Assembly (NCBI GenBank): GCA_934167965.1
Contig: CAKPMJ010000001.1
Coordinates: 108,487-172,486 of the forward strand
DNA: 64,000 nt
Direction: 5' to 3'
Origin: an uncultured Clostridia bacterium
Lineage (GTDB): Bacteria > Bacillota > Clostridia > TANB77 > CAG-508
Of this stretch, positions 60,386 through 64,000 are shown piece after piece. Every line of letters starts with the position of its first letter. The first letter of the stretch is position 1. Below the pieces are notes generated by a model. The model did no database searches, was not told the origin of the DNA, and was given only the letters and a program-made list of their open reading frames with translations. Made by a program: the position numbers and the translations under genes.

Positions 60386-60458
60386 CTAAATTTAAATTTG
60401 TTTAGTCACTTTATTGTCATTTTAATTAGATATAATCTTGATAGAAGGGATGGTAAAT

Positions 60459-61139
60459 ATGGAAATTTTAAGAACTGAAAATTTATGTAAAACTTATGGG
60501 AAAGGTGAGAACGAGGTAAAAGCAGTTGATAATATATCTTTTTCTGTAAACAAAGGAGAATTTGTTGCAATAATTGGAGCAAGTGGTAGTGGTAAATCTA
60601 CATTGTTACATTTATTAGGAGGAGTAGATAGACCTACATCAGGCAAAGTTTATATTGACGGCCAAGATATATATTCTTTAAATAATGATAATTTGGCTAT
60701 ATTTAGAAGAAGACAAGTGGGGTTAATATATCAATTTTATAACTTGATACCTATTTTAAATGTAGAAGAAAATATAACATTACCATGTAGTTTAGATGGT
60801 AAGAAAGTAGAGCAAAAACAATTAGATGAACTGTTAAAAACTTTAGGAATAGAAAAAAGAAGAAAGCATTTGCCTAATCAATTATCAGGAGGGCAACAAC
60901 AAAGAGTTTCTATTGGTAGAGCAATAATTAATAACCCGGCTATAATGTTAGCAGACGAACCTACAGGAAACCTTGATAGTAAAGTGTCTGAAGAAATAAT
61001 ATCTTTATTAAGATTATCAAATAAAAAATATAACCAAACTGTAATAGTAATAACACATGATGAAAAAATCGCTTTAGAAGCAGACAGAATTATTACAATA
61101 GATGATGGAAAGATAATAAAAGATGAAAGGAATAGATAG
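60459..61139 (+). CDS. ABC transporter ATP-binding protein (MacB/BceA-like)
   Basis: GASGSGKST, LSGGQQQRV and MLADEPTGNLD. Confidence 0.9.
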   Translation: MEILRTENLCKTYGKGENEVKAVDNISFSVNKGEFVAIIGASGSGKSTLLHLLGGVDRPTSGKVYIDGQDIYSLNNDNLAIFRRRQVGLIYQFYNLIPILNVEENITLPCSLDGKKVEQKQLDELLKTLGIEKRRKHLPNQLSGGQQQRVSIGRAIINNPAIMLADEPTGNLDSKVSEEIISLLRLSNKKYNQTVIVITHDEKIALEADRIITIDDGKIIKDERNR

Positions 61140-61141
61140 TA

Positions 61142-63667
61142 ATGAATGTTATTAAAAAATTAATCTTAAGAGATTTAAAACTAAACAAAAAAAGAACAAT
61201 TGTTACTATCATAGGAATAATACTTTCGACAGCAATGATATGTGCGGTTGCAGGGATGGTAACAAGTTTGCAAAAGACACTGGTTACATATACAAAAATA
61301 AAAGAAGGAAATTATCATACAATGTTTTGTAATGTACCCAAAAATGAACTTAAATATATAGAAAATAATATAAATATAAAAGATTATTATTTAGCTGAAG
61401 AGATTGGATATAGTGAACTCAAAGAATCTAAAAATGAATATAAACCATATCTAAATATTATATCAGCAAATGACAAGTATTTAAAAAATATGGGAATACA
61501 ATTAGTTGATGGTAGGTTGCCTGAAAATGATAATGAAATTTTAATATCAGAACACATTAAAAGTAATGGTCATGTAGAATATAAAATAGGAGAAGAATTA
61601 ACCTTAAATATTGGAAAAAGAGTAGATTCAAATGGTAGAGAATTGTCACAATTAGATTCTTTTGATCCTACAATAAAAGAAAAATTACAAGATACATATC
61701 AAAAGAAATATAAAATAGTAGGGATAATCGAAAGAATGTCTTATCAAGTTGAACCACGTAGTGCTCCTGGATATACAATTATAACCAAAATGAATGAAGT
61801 AAACAATAAAGCAGATATAGCAGTATTATATAAAAATGTATATAAATATGAAGAATTAAATAAAGAAATATCAAATGGAAAATATGAAATAGTAACAAAT
61901 AATTCATTATTAAGTTATGAAGGAGCATCATTAAACGATTCTCAAATGACAACAGTAATGCAATTGGCAGGGATAATAATAATTATTATTATTGTATCAA
62001 GTGTGTTTGTAATTAGAAACAGTTTTGCAATATCTACAACAGAAAGAATGAAGCAATATGGAATGCTTGTAAGTGTTGGAGCTACACATAAGCAAGTAAA
62101 GAAAAGTGTATTTTTCGAAGGATTTATACTTGGTTTAATAGGAATACCATTAGGCGTACTTTCTGGAATGCTTGCAGACATAGTCTTGTTAAATGTAGTA
62201 ACATATATATTAAAAGACTTATTATATGGTGTTAAATTAATGTATAGTATACCACTTATAGCAATAATAGCATCTATAATATTAGCATCAATAACTATTC
62301 TATTTTCTGCAAGAAGTTCAGCTAGAAAGGCAGCTAAAGTCTCTCCTATGGAATTAATTAGAAGTAATCAAGATATAAAAATAAAACCTAAAAAAATGAA
62401 ATCCCCAAAATTAATAAATAAAATTTGGGGAATCGGCGGAGACATTTCATATAAAAATTTAAAACGTAATAAAAAGAAATATAGAACTACAATCATATCA
62501 ATAATTGTAAGTGTTGTAATATTTATATCGTTATATAGTTTTATTGAAAATGGATTTAAGGCAAGTAACATATATTACACTAAATATAGTTATAATATAA
62601 ATTTATCATTACATTGTAAGGATAACAATCAGAAATTAGAAAAAAGAAATGATATTTTGAAACAGATAGGTAAATTTAACACTGTTAAAAAATATTCTAT
62701 TTTAAATGATACCCAGTTTAATGTATCAACAAAATATTTAAGTGACTTTGGAAAAGACCTTTATAATGAATATAATCCATATGCCGATGTCGCATCAATT
62801 GAAGTTGTATCAATAGGAGAAGATGCATATAAAAATTATGTAAGATCATTAGGTGGCAAAGTAGAAGAATATTCTAAAGGCGGTATATTAGTAGATGATT
62901 TTAATTATTCCAAAGACGAAAAATATCAGTTAGGAAATATATATAATATAAAAGTAGGGGAATCATTTGAAGGAAAATCAAATGAGAAAGACTGGAATAT
63001 AAGAGTAGTAAACAGGACAGATAAAAGACCTATGGGACTAGAAAAGGTATATAATGATGGTGGATTTTTAATTGTTAGTGACAATTTTATGGACGAAATT
63101 GGTGTTGGAAGTAACTATTCAAGAATGTATATAGAATCTTCTAATAGTTCAAAATTAGAAGATGATATAAATAATTTTATTGCAGATAACGATGATTTAA
63201 AATCTAATTTGGCAATATATAATGTAGATAAAGAAACAAAAGCTCAAAATTCTTTAGTGTTAGTTATATCAATATTCCTATATGGATTTATTGCTGTAAT
63301 AACTCTTATAGGTGTGACAAATATATTTAATACTTTAACAACTACAATGAATTTAAGAAGAAAAGAATTTGCAATGCTTAAATCTATTGGAATGACAACT
63401 AAAGAGTTTAACAGGATGATAAGATTAGAAAGTATATTTTATGGACTGAAAGCTCTGATAATAGGAATACCAATTGGTATAGGTCTTTCATATCTTATTT
63501 ATAAAGCTTTTCTAAATACTATGGATATGCCTTATGTCCTACCAATTGAAGCTATTGCAATATCAATAATATTTGTTCTTATTGTTGTTGGGGTTATTAT
63601 GAAGTTCTCACTAAATAAAATTAATAAACAAAATATTATTGAGACTATTAGAGAGGATAATATTTAA
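61142..63667 (+). CDS. FtsX-family ABC permease (BceB-like, 841 aa)
   Basis: Two FtsX 4-TM modules separated by a large soluble region, adjacent to a BceA-like ATPase and a two-component system. Confidence 0.8.
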   Translation: MNVIKKLILRDLKLNKKRTIVTIIGIILSTAMICAVAGMVTSLQKTLVTYTKIKEGNYHTMFCNVPKNELKYIENNINIKDYYLAEEIGYSELKESKNEYKPYLNIISANDKYLKNMGIQLVDGRLPENDNEILISEHIKSNGHVEYKIGEELTLNIGKRVDSNGRELSQLDSFDPTIKEKLQDTYQKKYKIVGIIERMSYQVEPRSAPGYTIITKMNEVNNKADIAVLYKNVYKYEELNKEISNGKYEIVTNNSLLSYEGASLNDSQMTTVMQLAGIIIIIIIVSSVFVIRNSFAISTTERMKQYGMLVSVGATHKQVKKSVFFEGFILGLIGIPLGVLSGMLADIVLLNVVTYILKDLLYGVKLMYSIPLIAIIASIILASITILFSARSSARKAAKVSPMELIRSNQDIKIKPKKMKSPKLINKIWGIGGDISYKNLKRNKKKYRTTIISIIVSVVIFISLYSFIENGFKASNIYYTKYSYNINLSLHCKDNNQKLEKRNDILKQIGKFNTVKKYSILNDTQFNVSTKYLSDFGKDLYNEYNPYADVASIEVVSIGEDAYKNYVRSLGGKVEEYSKGGILVDDFNYSKDEKYQLGNIYNIKVGESFEGKSNEKDWNIRVVNRTDKRPMGLEKVYNDGGFLIVSDNFMDEIGVGSNYSRMYIESSNSSKLEDDINNFIADNDDLKSNLAIYNVDKETKAQNSLVLVISIFLYGFIAVITLIGVTNIFNTLTTTMNLRRKEFAMLKSIGMTTKEFNRMIRLESIFYGLKALIIGIPIGIGLSYLIYKAFLNTMDMPYVLPIEAIAISIIFVLIVVGVIMKFSLNKINKQNIIETIREDNI

Positions 63668-63724
63668 AGTATTGACAAAATTAATTAAATTTAGTATTAT
63701 ATAAAAAAGAAAGAGGTAAAAATT

Positions 63725-63781
63725 ATGAGATTATTAATATTTTTAAACAAACAATTACATCATCATCGTAGGAGCTTGTAG
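63725..63781 (+). other. 18-codon ORF MRLLIFLNKQLHHHRRSL with its own promoter and RBS, followed by hairpins
   Basis: TTGACA (63672-63677), 17 nt, TATTAT (63695-63700). AAGAGGT RBS. Hairpin at 63798-63829 and terminator at 63860-63904 downstream. Confidence 0.25.
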
Positions 63782-63949
63782 CTATTGCACTCAATTGCGT
63801 AGGTACAGGCTAAGAAAGCTGTGCCTACGATAGTTTAAAAATATATAAAAAGATATATAAAAAATACTATTTGTAGGAATAAATCTTGCAAATAGTATTT
63901 TTTATATATCTATTTTTTAATCTTAAAATAAAAAAGGAGGAAGAAAATT

Positions 63950-64000
63950 ATGTTTAATGTTGAAAAAATTTTAAACGAATTAGTAAAATTCAATACAATT
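63950..64000 (+). CDS. 5' end of an M20-family peptidase/deacylase-like gene (partial)
   Basis: AAGGAGG RBS. The N-terminus MFNVEKILNELVKFNTI resembles ArgE/DapE-type M20 N-termini. Truncated by the window edge. Confidence 0.35.
   Translation, partial: MFNVEKILNELVKFNTI

Noticed and set aside
1-64000. CRISPR arrays, rRNA genes, IS elements with inverted repeats, and integrase/recombinase genes.
   Set aside because: None was seen. There are no regularly spaced direct repeats, no rRNA-like segments, and no transposase or integrase motifs in any long ORF. The only mobile-element trace is the TnpV-like fragment.

Overview
This is a very AT-rich, low-GC Firmicutes (Clostridia-like) chromosomal segment. 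spoIIP, yabP, yabQ and divIC indicate a spore-former. All calls come from reading the six-frame translations and the DNA by eye for known family motifs; no database search was run.

Most of the window is conserved housekeeping. It includes der, mgtE, tsaD, recG, murI, a T-box followed by ileS, hpt, secA, argS, guaA, prfB with its canonical +1 recoding site, aspartokinase and rho. It also holds two singleton tRNA-Leu genes, an ABC-2 transporter, a Bce-like two-component/ABC module, mntP, and two large secreted proteins that share a lysine-rich Fn3 tail.

The stand-out feature is an 11-gene, same-strand, tightly packed operon at about 30.46-42.70 kb. It has a single consensus promoter, a leader hairpin/terminator and a downstream bidirectional terminator. 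It encodes only soluble enzymes:
- a novel N-terminal domain fused to a phosphoribosyltransferase-type fold
- a HAD phosphatase
- an SDR
- an AsnB-like amidotransferase
- an adenylate-forming enzyme
- a radical-SAM/SPASM protein
- a SPASM protein with a degenerate Cys motif
- a B12-type radical-SAM protein with CX4CX2C spacing
- two APH-type kinases, one of them frameshifted
- one orphan protein

This operon contains no glycosyltransferase, transporter, regulator or precursor peptide, and I cannot assign it to a known pathway class.

Secondary points of interest:
- an orphan TrpF-like + 398-aa unknown gene pair followed by a 430-nt decayed spacer (45.6-48.1 kb)
- a small foreign, GC-richer island next to tRNA-Leu carrying a Cys-rich zinc-finger protein and a TnpV-like fragment
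- three +1 frameshifts in otherwise conserved genes (spoIIP, rlmD, one APH kinase), each with an in-frame CGG at the break
- several structured leaders
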